This document shows, piece by piece, positions 1-8,195 of a stretch of DNA of 64,000 nucleotides. The DNA lies in contig JAJZOR010000003.1 of assembly GCA_021811435.1 (NCBI GenBank), forward strand, positions 20,434 through 84,433, given 5' to 3'. Each line of letters opens with the position of its first letter. Within the stretch, counting starts at the first letter, position 1. The notes below the pieces were generated by a model. The model saw only the letters and a list, made by a program, of their open reading frames with translations. It was not told the DNA's origin and did not search any database. Source of the DNA: Candidatus Micrarchaeota archaeon. GTDB lineage: Archaea; Micrarchaeota; Micrarchaeia; Micrarchaeales; Micrarchaeaceae. Made by a program: the position numbers and the translations under genes.

Positions 1-556
1 GGTAGCCTTGTTGATTATATCCGATTTAAATAAGTAGCGGCCAGTAAATGCAGTTATTTTGTTACCTTTATCTAGTATATACTCAGGAATGCCGACTTGG
101 AAGCTCTGCGGATTTGTAAAAGCTTCCTTTATGAATACTGGAATCGGCATTTCTGAATTATAAGCCAACGCCTCTGCTATACCAAGGCGAGGAAGGGCAT
201 ATATGTCTATGTAACTTTTATGCGCATCTGCTATGAGCACTTCTTCATAATACTCTTTTTGTGACATGCCATTTACGCATTTGAGCATGTCGTTATAATA
301 TGCAGCTATAGCTAAACCATCAGTGTCAACTGCAGCTAAGATAGACTTAGAAAGTGCTTCTGCAGTAGTAGGTTCACCGCTTAATACATGCGCAGCATAT
401 ACACCAATTATCTGGGCCAACTAGAGTCGCAACTCCATCCCCATTTCGCAGAACCTTTTCTATCTTAACTTCTATTTCATCTCCTATTTCGACAGGAGCG
501 TTAGTAACAGGAATTCCTTGCGACATTTTATCCACAAATATATTCGACAACAGCAT
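1..556 (-). CDS. hypothetical protein with TRAM-like N-terminus; frame interrupted near 405-425; 3' end beyond the window
   Basis: ATG 556-554 overlaps the stop of the upstream gene (TGATG). Track ORF 374-559 reads PVEIGDEIEVKIEKVLRNGDGVATLVG and then stops. My hand translation of the adjacent frame stays open from ~421 to base 1 (AQIIGVYAAHVLSGEPTTAEALSKSIL...FKSDIINKAT). The distal part matches no family I recognise. Confidence 0.4.
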
Positions 557-1239
557 CAATCAATTACTCCGTCCTTCTTGAACCTTATAAGCGCGCGTAT
601 GAACTCAAGCTCGTCGAACTCGCCCATCCCGCCGAGTTCTGCCGCGACCTTTTCCGCTTCGTATGCATAAGGCTTGCCGGCTACTTCTGGCGGAGCCGCA
701 TAAGGCTGCTGCATCTCCTCCGGGCTACGCTTCCTTGTGTTTATCAGCTTGTCGCATATGTCTGAGATTTGCAGGTCCTGGAATATCTGGTCGGAGTGCT
801 TGGACACCCTCGTGTTTGCCAGCCTCCGCTTTATCTCGTCTATCGGCATCTCGGTTATTATTATCAGGTAGTAGTCATCGTGCTCCTTTGACTCCATGAA
901 CCTTTTCATCTTCCTTATGAAATCGTAATTGAAGAAGTCGCCCCCATGCGGCTCGAGTATCACGGTCTTGCCGTTGCATTTCGGGCTTTCCAGATCGAAA
1001 TCAGGCGTGTATATGCGCACGCTTCCGTCTTCCTTGCTGGTATATTCTATGTGGTGCTGAGTGATATGCCTTATCTGCAGCTTATTCAGTATCGAGTCGA
1101 CCCTTTCTTCAAAGTCTGAAAGCAGCTCGTTCCCGTTGTTTACGGCCTTCGCAGGGCTGCCCCTGATCAGACCGGTCAGATTTTGTGCAGATTCCCGGCC
1201 ATTTTCAGGGCCCGCCGTTTTTTCTTCAGCCAAAACCAC
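556..1239 (-). CDS. hypothetical protein, tandem paralog 1, putative PD-(D/E)xK-like core
   Basis: Track ORF with GTG start. Roughly half identical by eye to ORF 1938-2702. Shared blocks: FEERV.xILNK, HITQHHI, YTPDFDLESP, GKTVILEPHGG, YYLI.IT, ELGGM..F...EFIR.LIR.K.DG. Its own TATA box lies 28-39 nt upstream. Confidence 0.75.
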   Translation of the reverse strand: MVLAEEKTAGPENGRESAQNLTGLIRGSPAKAVNNGNELLSDFEERVDSILNKLQIRHITQHHIEYTSKEDGSVRIYTPDFDLESPKCNGKTVILEPHGGDFFNYDFIRKMKRFMESKEHDDYYLIIITEMPIDEIKRRLANTRVSKHSDQIFQDLQISDICDKLINTRKRSPEEMQQPYAAPPEVAGKPYAYEAEKVAAELGGMGEFDELEFIRALIRFKKDGVID

Positions 1240-1266
1240 ACCCTTTCCTAATTTTAATTATCCGCT

Positions 1267-1278
1267 GCACATATATAA
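1267..1278 (-). promoter_or_regulatory. TATA-box promoter of paralog 1 (TTATATATGTGC on the minus strand)
   Basis: This 12-mer is identical to the one at 2729-2740 and sits at the same spacing from the GTG GTT TTG GCT start. Confidence 0.6.
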
Positions 1279-1343
1279 GAGATTCCTTTTGGCAGACGAG
1301 GTGAAAGCGGCATCCTAACGCCCCAAAGAGCGCATTGGAACCG

Positions 1344-1772
1344 CTAAAGCGGCGGGAGGCCGAAGTCGCCCACGTGCACGTACATGCCGCCTATCCACAA
1401 TGTCTCCGTGGCCTTCCTGCTTTTTATATAATCATTCAATGCGCCGGTGCTTTCGAAAGAGTCTATCACGATGCTGAATTCGTGCCTGCCGCCATTGAAG
1501 TCCTTGAAGTCCTGACTTTCATAGTATATCTCTGCATTGTCCTGCTCGAATTTCTCCTTCTGGGCGAGCTCCAGCAGCTTCTTCCCGGATGGCGAGTCTA
1601 GTCTCTCGAGCAGCAGGGGCGAATCCTTGCCGCGGTGGTCGTAGCTCACCCCGCGCAAAGAATTGAATATCAAGTATGCGAGCTCTTTCGCTTCGTGCCA
1701 TTCCTTCCGTTCGCCCGTCTGGTCGGCCGCTTTTTCGGTCGCTTTGACTATGCAATATATGTTATACCACAC
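1344..1772 (-). CDS. hypothetical acidic protein (142 aa) between the two paralogs
   Basis: Track ORF with GTG start. TATA-like TTTATAAG lies ~35 nt upstream (1807-1814), and GGTGG sits just before the start. No family recognised. Confidence 0.55.
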   Translation of the reverse strand: MWYNIYCIVKATEKAADQTGERKEWHEAKELAYLIFNSLRGVSYDHRGKDSPLLLERLDSPSGKKLLELAQKEKFEQDNAEIYYESQDFKDFNGGRHEFSIVIDSFESTGALNDYIKSRKATETLWIGGMYVHVGDFGLPPL

Positions 1773-1937
1773 GCTACCACCAATTTGGATACTATCCCAT
1801 TAATCTCTTATAAACATTTGCTTGGCATGAACGCGGATCCGCATTCATATGGCAGATGCAGGCGTGGCGGATTGAGATGCGCTAAAGCGTGCCGGGAAAC
1901 CCGAAGCCGCGTAGTGCTATGGATGGTAAACGCGAAG

Positions 1938-2702
1938 TCAATCGACGATTCCGTCGTCCTTGAGCCGGATAAGCGTGCGTATGAACTCGCGGTCATCGAA
2001 TCTCTTCATCCCCCCGAGTTCGTCGCTCACTTTCTGGGCATCTGCCCAATGGGGCTTCGCAGAGTTTTTGGGGTCGCTGCCCTCTATCTTCTTCTGCACC
2101 TCCTCGTCGGTACGCATCCTTGTGGTTACCATCTTGTCGCATATGTTGGACACGTCGAGGTTCCTCTTTATGTGCTTCCGCCTAGCGTAGTCGGCCAGCA
2201 TGTCGTTTATCTCGGCCACGGGCCTATCAGTTATCATTATCAGGTAGTAGTCGCTGTTGTGCTCCTTCGAATCCATGAACCTTATCATCTTTTCGAAGAA
2301 CTTGTCATTGAAGTACCTCCCTCCGTGAGGCTCGAGTATCACGGTCTTGCCCTGGTATTTTGGGCTTTCCAGATCGAAATCGGGCGTGTAGATGTAGGGC
2401 CTCTGCTGGCCGCTCTCGTCTGTCCACATCTTGCTTCCGTTCTCGTCGCTGTAATTTATGTGGTGCTGTGTTATGTGTTTTATCTGGATCTTGTTCAGTA
2501 TGTCTTCTACCCTCTCTTCGAAGCTCGAGAGCAGCACTACATCTCCGGTGTCTTCTATCTCTCCCTCAATGGCAGATTTGAGCGCCGCATTTGGCGTATC
2601 TGTATGCAGAGTGTTATCCGTTTCCCTGAGCAGTTCAGTCAAACTTTGCGTGAGCCCTAAGTCCCTTTGCCAAGATGCTATTTTTTCTCCAGCCAAAACC
2701 AC
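1938..2702 (-). CDS. hypothetical protein, tandem paralog 2, putative PD-(D/E)xK-like core
   Basis: Paralog of 556-1239. I place the start at GTG 2702 (GTG GTT TTG GCT, as in paralog 1). The ATG at 2735 used by the track lies inside the TATA box. Confidence 0.75.
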   Translation of the reverse strand: MVLAGEKIASWQRDLGLTQSLTELLRETDNTLHTDTPNAALKSAIEGEIEDTGDVVLLSSFEERVEDILNKIQIKHITQHHINYSDENGSKMWTDESGQQRPYIYTPDFDLESPKYQGKTVILEPHGGRYFNDKFFEKMIRFMDSKEHNSDYYLIMITDRPVAEINDMLADYARRKHIKRNLDVSNICDKMVTTRMRTDEEVQKKIEGSDPKNSAKPHWADAQKVSDELGGMKRFDDREFIRTLIRLKDDGIVD

Positions 2703-2728
2703 ACCTCTACTTATTTTACTTTGACAAC

Positions 2729-2740
2729 AGCACATATATA
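2729..2740 (-). promoter_or_regulatory. TATA-box promoter of paralog 2
   Basis: Same 12-mer TTATATATGTGC (minus strand), 27-38 nt upstream of GTG 2702. Confidence 0.6.
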
Positions 2741-2775
2741 ATTGGTCCCTTTTGCGGAAATTTCCTGCTTCACTG

Positions 2776-4005
2776 TCAGGCGCCCTTACCGAGCCACTTT
2801 ATTTCCTTGTCCGAGAGACCGTACCTTGATTCGAAGAATGAGTAGGCCTCCTCCTCCATGCCATGCTCATGCGCCAGCCTTATCATAGAGTTGAATATGG
2901 GGAAATATTCGCTCGCTATGACCTTGAGGCTGGCGTGTATGGTGCGCTGCATCTTCGCGGCTATCTGCTTGTCGGTGCCCCTGCCCTCCTTCGATGCGCT
3001 CAGCTCCTTTATCACCCTTGGGAATGCGTATCTCTTGAACGTGGTAGGTGAATGCCGCTTTGCCAGCGCGACGCCGCTTGACACAAGAAGGCTTGAGTAC
3101 TTCCAGTAGTTGTAATTCTGCGACCTCATCGCGCGCGACAGGAACATCGTCGATCTTGCTATGGAATCGTAAGCCGCGGATATGTCTGAAGGATAGGAGT
3201 ACCTGTTAGGTATGTTCTCCTCCATCCAGTTAACCACCATGTCCAGCTCTATGTCCCCTGATATGGAACGCTGGGCGCTCTGCGACGCTGCAATCGTGTA
3301 TGAGGAGAATATGCGGTCCAGTGCGGTGAATATCTCTGCCTTGCGGTCGCGGAGCCCTATTATGTCTGTGGCTTCATCGCCCGCGCCGGACAGCGCGAAC
3401 GCGTCCATGAACGCGCTCCTGACGTCGCCAGCTGCGGTCTTGGCTATGGCAGCTATCATTACCCTGCTCAGTCCGAGCTTACGGCTATCCGACAGCCTTG
3501 TGAGCGCGCTTGCCATCGTGTCTTCCGGCACCTTGGTGAACCTGACGTCATCGGTGAGACCGCGCAGGAACGCTATGCTCTTGTCCCATTTGTCGTTCGC
3601 TATGAGCATTATGGGACTCTTTGACTCGCGTATCAGCCTGGGTATGGCGGTGTTGGCGCCCTTGTCGAACTTTGGCGCGAGCTCGTCTATCTCGTCCAGT
3701 ATTATTACGTTCCTTTTGCCGAACAGCGTCCTGGAGTTGGATGCCGAGATGAGCACCTTCTCTATGGTCTCCTTGTCCCTGTAGTCGCTGGCGCTTAGCT
3801 CAACCATGTTCCACTTGAACTCGGATGCCAGCGCATGGGCAGCAGCAGTCTTGCCGGTGCCCGACGGGCCGTAGATCAGGAGCGGGCGGCGCTTTATCCC
3901 ACGCTCCACGTCGCTTGCGAACTTCCTCAGCTCCGCTACGGCCGCGCCGTTGCCAATTATCTCGTCAAGCGAGGCTATTGCAATGCTGTATTGCGACGTT
4001 TCCAT
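2776..4005 (-). CDS. rfcL: replication factor C large subunit
   Basis: Walker A LLIYGPSGTGKT and the DEID box (ILDEIDEL), an AAA+ clamp-loader layout. The start is probably ATG 4005 (METSQYS, preceded by GGTGTGGGG) rather than the track start at 4053. Confidence 0.85.
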   Translation of the reverse strand: METSQYSIAIASLDEIIGNGAAVAELRKFASDVERGIKRRPLLIYGPSGTGKTAAAHALASEFKWNMVELSASDYRDKETIEKVLISASNSRTLFGKRNVIILDEIDELAPKFDKGANTAIPRLIRESKSPIMLIANDKWDKSIAFLRGLTDDVRFTKVPEDTMASALTRLSDSRKLGLSRVMIAAIAKTAAGDVRSAFMDAFALSGAGDEATDIIGLRDRKAEIFTALDRIFSSYTIAASQSAQRSISGDIELDMVVNWMEENIPNRYSYPSDISAAYDSIARSTMFLSRAMRSQNYNYWKYSSLLVSSGVALAKRHSPTTFKRYAFPRVIKELSASKEGRGTDKQIAAKMQRTIHASLKVIASEYFPIFNSMIRLAHEHGMEEEAYSFFESRYGLSDKEIKWLGKGA

Positions 4006-4169
4006 CCCCACACCGCTGAAGGAATACCAGGACCTAATATGGACTACAACCATTGTATATTCCGATTTTATTGAAACGATAAGGTATTTAAGAATTGCAC
4101 AGTGATATATAGAGGTACTGCCTTCGGGCAGGCGCCAGGCGCTCCGTTATAGAGTATGCGGGTAAGCAC

Positions 4170-4877
4170 ATGATCCACTTAGATTACGTACCGAACCACA
4201 TCGCTTTGATACCGGACGGCAACAGGCGATGGTCCAGGAGCCACAGGTCCAGGCTCTACAGCAGCTACAACCTCGGGATAGAGAAGTTCATAAACTTCAG
4301 CATATGGGCCAAGGGCTTCGGCGTAAAGACGCTTACCGTGTGGGCGCTTTCCACGGAGAACATAAAGAACAGGAGCAGGACTGAGCTTTCCATACTCTAC
4401 GGCCTTTATACGAAGATGGCCAATGACAAGCAGATATTCCAGACGCTCAAGAGGAACGGCGCGCGGATAACGGTCATGGGCGACCTTGATATACTGCCGA
4501 AGCCGGTAAGGGCTGCGCTGCACGGGTTGGAGCGCAGGACGCGCACCTTCAAGGATTTCTCGATAAACATATTGATAGGCTATGGCGGCAAGGATGACAT
4601 AATACACGCAGTCAAGAGGCTGATAGCCGAGAAGGGCGGCAGGATACGCCGCATAAACGAGGACATAATAAGGGCTTACCTAAGGACTTCGGCCCTGCCG
4701 GACGCGGACCTTATAATAAGGACTTCCGGCGAGATGAGGCTTTCAGGGTTCCTGCCGTGGCAGTCCGGGTACTCGGAGCTTTATTTCGCCAGGAAGTACT
4801 GGCCGGATTTCAACAAGAGGGATCTGGAGAGGGCGCTTAGGAACTTTTCTACAAGGCAACGCAGATTCGGTAAGTAG
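4170..4877 (+). CDS. uppS: undecaprenyl/dolichyl diphosphate synthase (cis-prenyltransferase)
   Basis: IPDGNRRWSRSH (DGNRRW motif) and RTSGEMRLSGFLPWQS; length is typical for the family. Confidence 0.9.
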   Translation: MIHLDYVPNHIALIPDGNRRWSRSHRSRLYSSYNLGIEKFINFSIWAKGFGVKTLTVWALSTENIKNRSRTELSILYGLYTKMANDKQIFQTLKRNGARITVMGDLDILPKPVRAALHGLERRTRTFKDFSINILIGYGGKDDIIHAVKRLIAEKGGRIRRINEDIIRAYLRTSALPDADLIIRTSGEMRLSGFLPWQSGYSELYFARKYWPDFNKRDLERALRNFSTRQRRFGK

Positions 4878-4883
4878 CGTGTT

Positions 4884-6734
4884 TTGATGCCGCCTACACA
4901 TGATAGGGGTAACTTATTTTCCAACACGGAGCTTTTCAGGAAGCGTCTGCCTAGCAAATCCTCGATCTTCACCGTGCTGCTCCTGCTGAGCGTTGTCATG
5001 GGCATCGCATCCGTTGGCCTTGTTAACAACGCCCAGTTCGAAAGCAACACCAACCAGATCATAGTGGACGGGCTCCTTACCGGCATGGTGGCCATAACGC
5101 TGCCAACCGTGCTGACTGCCATATTCATAAAGGTGCTTAGGTGGAGGGCGGAGATAAAGCACATACTCTTCGTGGCCTTGATGGGGGAGGCGTTATATTC
5201 CATATTCCTGGTCATCGCAAGCGCTACCACCATATTGAGGCCCCTCTACGGGATGGCAGGCGTCATAATATTGGTAGGCGACGCCAGCATAGTCGCATGG
5301 TGGCTCTTCGTCAACAAGGTGATGTTCGGCCATAGGAAAGGGGGCGTGTTAACTGCGCTGGTGCAGCCGACCCTCAACGTTCTAACCTACATACCTGCAT
5401 CCAACTTCCTTTTCATAGTATCCAGCTCGATAAAGCTGCTTTTCATAAAGCTGTACGTAGGGATATTCATTTTCATAATGATGACATACGCCATACTGTA
5501 CATATTCGACAGGCCTATGCAGAGGAGCATGGGCTTCCCTGCGATAGACGCGTTTTCCAAGATGTTCCAGAGCCTGCTATTTGACACGAACATAGCCTCG
5601 CCTTTCGGGCCAAAGTTCGGTAGCACAGTGGAGATAGACTGCGGCACACTTGTCATGAAAGGCAGTAACGGCGGCATAAAATCAGTCTTCTTCCTGCCGG
5701 TGATACACTACGGCCCTGCCGGGGCGATAGGCGGCAGCAACTTCCCATACATACTAGAAAGGAGGATAAACGATAAGTACAGGGCCAACGGATTCATAAT
5801 GCACGCCACCGTAAACGAGGATTTCAACCCGGTATCCTCGTGGCAGATTGCGCAGCTTTACTCCGCACTGGACTCATCGATATCCAAGGCGACGAAGCTT
5901 GACGGTTCTGCCAAGTACTTCGAAAGCACGTTCAACAACGCCACCGTAAAGAAGCTTGAAATAGGGAAACTCGCGATCGTGACATTCACTAGGGCGCCAA
6001 GGATAACTGAGGACGTGTCACCTGAGGCAGCGCTCATTTTCACACAGCTTTTCAAGAACACGAACAGCTACGTCATGCTCATAGACGCACATAATTCGCG
6101 CATGGAGATGGCGGACAAGAAGGAACTGGACGGGGTGGCGTTCAATTCCAAGTACATGAACGATTATATAGAGGCGATAAAGAGACTTGGGAAACCGCTC
6201 AAAAGATCTCACAGTGGCTTGGTATTCGGGTCGGGGAGCGTAGAGGCTTACTACGAGCTCGGATCCCCGGAGGATATCGCACATGGCAACATCAACGTCG
6301 CGGTATTCGATATAAACAGGTCGAAGTTCGGAATGATACAGTTCAATTCCAACAACATGCTGCCGTCACTGAGGACCCGCATTGTGGAGCACGTAAGGGA
6401 GAAATACAATATAAACGCAGAGGTTTACACGACGGATACACACGAAGTCAACTCACTGAGCAGAAATGCAAGCAATGTGCTTGGCAGGCATACTGGTTAC
6501 ACCAAGCTTATAGGCCTGGTGGACAGGGCGATAGACGCGGCGCTGACAGACATGGGTCCTGTGGATGCCTTCTACGCCAACACGAAGATAAAGAATTTCC
6601 AGGTATGGGGCAGGAACGTCAGGGAGCGAATGCTCCAGGTTGCCAACTCCGTAATAGCAATCGCAAAGATACTGGTCCCGATAACGATTGTTGGAGGGTT
6701 CATAATAGCGGCTTGGATTATCTCGGTAATATGA
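4884..6734 (+). CDS. conserved archaeal polytopic membrane protein (DUF2070-like by recollection)
   Basis: 616-aa ORF with many N-terminal hydrophobic helices, a soluble middle part and a C-terminal TM. The family name is from memory only. Confidence 0.5.
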   Translation: MMPPTHDRGNLFSNTELFRKRLPSKSSIFTVLLLLSVVMGIASVGLVNNAQFESNTNQIIVDGLLTGMVAITLPTVLTAIFIKVLRWRAEIKHILFVALMGEALYSIFLVIASATTILRPLYGMAGVIILVGDASIVAWWLFVNKVMFGHRKGGVLTALVQPTLNVLTYIPASNFLFIVSSSIKLLFIKLYVGIFIFIMMTYAILYIFDRPMQRSMGFPAIDAFSKMFQSLLFDTNIASPFGPKFGSTVEIDCGTLVMKGSNGGIKSVFFLPVIHYGPAGAIGGSNFPYILERRINDKYRANGFIMHATVNEDFNPVSSWQIAQLYSALDSSISKATKLDGSAKYFESTFNNATVKKLEIGKLAIVTFTRAPRITEDVSPEAALIFTQLFKNTNSYVMLIDAHNSRMEMADKKELDGVAFNSKYMNDYIEAIKRLGKPLKRSHSGLVFGSGSVEAYYELGSPEDIAHGNINVAVFDINRSKFGMIQFNSNNMLPSLRTRIVEHVREKYNINAEVYTTDTHEVNSLSRNASNVLGRHTGYTKLIGLVDRAIDAALTDMGPVDAFYANTKIKNFQVWGRNVRERMLQVANSVIAIAKILVPITIVGGFIIAAWIISVI

Positions 6735-6737
6735 CAG

Positions 6738-7745
6738 TTGGTTTATGTGCAGGCAGAAGCAGCTGAGTATATAGTGTTCATCTCATTCCTGTTACTTAGC
6801 CTGGCAGCGGTGCTTTTGTTCATACTGAGCTCTGCCAAAGACAGGAGGACCGGGCTCATGCTCGCAGCTACGTTCGGCCTGTCGTTCCTTGCGGCGATGG
6901 CTTGGTATATCCTTCAGGCGCCTGCGTACTTTACGCCGCTGTTGATCGGCCTGCTTTCGCTTACCCTGTTCTTCACGCTCATGACTTTCTGCTACTCGAG
7001 CCACGGTCCAGGCTTTTACGCCTTCCTTGCCGATGCACTGCTGCTGATGCTATGCCTGTCTACCGCGTTCGGAGTGCAGCAGGCAATGAACTTTATGGCG
7101 GCCATGGCGATAGGGGGCGCGTTCGGAGCCGTATCTAACGGGAAGGTGTTCCACTTCAATGGCAATAAGACGAAGTTCAAGCCCAGCGCGCATAGGAGGC
7201 ATCTCGAGATAAAGCGTGACATTTTCCAGATTGCGATTGGCGCCGCGGTCATATTGGTAATCCTAACATACGGCGTTTATGCCAGGACCATAGTATTCGC
7301 GGCGATACTTCTGGGGCTTGCATACAGCAACGTAGTCGGGCGGATTCATGGCGTGCCGTTTGCTGGGTTCCTGCACTCTATGGAGCGCAGCAGGACCACT
7401 TTCGGCCTCGGGGCGCTTTATCTCGCGGTTGGCGTTGCCATGATACTCGGCATGGTCGCAAGCACTGATCTCATCCTGCTGAGCCTTATAGCGCTGTTCT
7501 TCGGGGACTCGGCCGCGACTATCGGCGGGACGCTGTTCGGCAGCATCAAACTCCCGTACAACAGATCCAAATCGCTGCAGGGCCTGATAGGGTATTTTGT
7601 GGTTGTGGCGGCGCTCGGATATTTCGTTGTGGGGGTTTACTCGCTCATCATCGGACTGATGTTCGCGGTGGTCGAGAGCATGGATCTGCACATAGACGAC
7701 AACCTTGCGATAGCGCTTTTTACAGTCGTAATTTCTTTCGTTTGA
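6738..7745 (+). CDS. polytopic membrane protein, dolichol kinase / CDS-family-like
   Basis: The C-terminal FFGDSAATIGGTLFGSIKLPYNRSKSLQG resembles the CTP-dependent polyprenol kinase motif GD..A...G...G..K....KS.EG. It lies near uppS, separated from it only by the DUF2070-like membrane gene (4884-6734). Confidence 0.5.
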   Translation: MVYVQAEAAEYIVFISFLLLSLAAVLLFILSSAKDRRTGLMLAATFGLSFLAAMAWYILQAPAYFTPLLIGLLSLTLFFTLMTFCYSSHGPGFYAFLADALLLMLCLSTAFGVQQAMNFMAAMAIGGAFGAVSNGKVFHFNGNKTKFKPSAHRRHLEIKRDIFQIAIGAAVILVILTYGVYARTIVFAAILLGLAYSNVVGRIHGVPFAGFLHSMERSRTTFGLGALYLAVGVAMILGMVASTDLILLSLIALFFGDSAATIGGTLFGSIKLPYNRSKSLQGLIGYFVVVAALGYFVVGVYSLIIGLMFAVVESMDLHIDDNLAIALFTVVISFV

Positions 7746-7874
7746 TTCCTGATTTTTGCGCGCGAAATTTTTGCGACGTCATTTTCCCATTTTTTATGAA
7801 TACCACTATTCGGGCCTTTGCATTTCATTTAAAAACTCTTCTTTGCAAAGCTATCTTTGTTCTGGTAGGGTGCT

Positions 7875-8195
7875 TTGTTGGCCAAGCAAAGGGGTTTCAG
7901 CCTTTATGACATAGAGCAGTTCATAAGGGAGGCCGGCGCCGAGAAGATAAACGAGAAAGCCGTGGTAAGCCTTGAAAGGGAGCTGGAGGACACGGTGAAC
8001 GAGCTAATCAACGAGGCATCAATGTACGCTAATTATGCAGGGCGGAAGCGCCTGATAAAGCTATCCGACATAGAGCTCGCGAACGGCCAGGGCAAAAGGG
8101 CCAAACTCTACATCATGCGCGACAAGAACGTCAGCATTGGGGCCAAGAGAAAGCGGCGCATCTATGCCGCTGCAAGGCCGGCACTAAAGCAGTGA
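7875..8195 (+). CDS. archaeal histone-fold protein with a basic C-terminal extension
   Basis: IREAGAEKINEKAVVSLERELEDTVNELINEASMYANYAGRKRLIKLSDIELA parallels the HMf-type pattern (AGAERVS...HAGRKT.K.EDIELA). About 35 extra K/R-rich residues follow. TTG start after GGTAGGGTG. Confidence 0.75.
   Translation: MLAKQRGFSLYDIEQFIREAGAEKINEKAVVSLERELEDTVNELINEASMYANYAGRKRLIKLSDIELANGQGKRAKLYIMRDKNVSIGAKRKRRIYAAARPALKQ

Noticed and set aside
1635-2660. 341-aa plus-strand ORF antisense to paralog 2 and the acidic ORF
   Set aside because: It is a shadow ORF. It has V/L/R/H-rich low-complexity composition and no motifs. The opposite strand carries a paralog-conserved protein with its own promoter.
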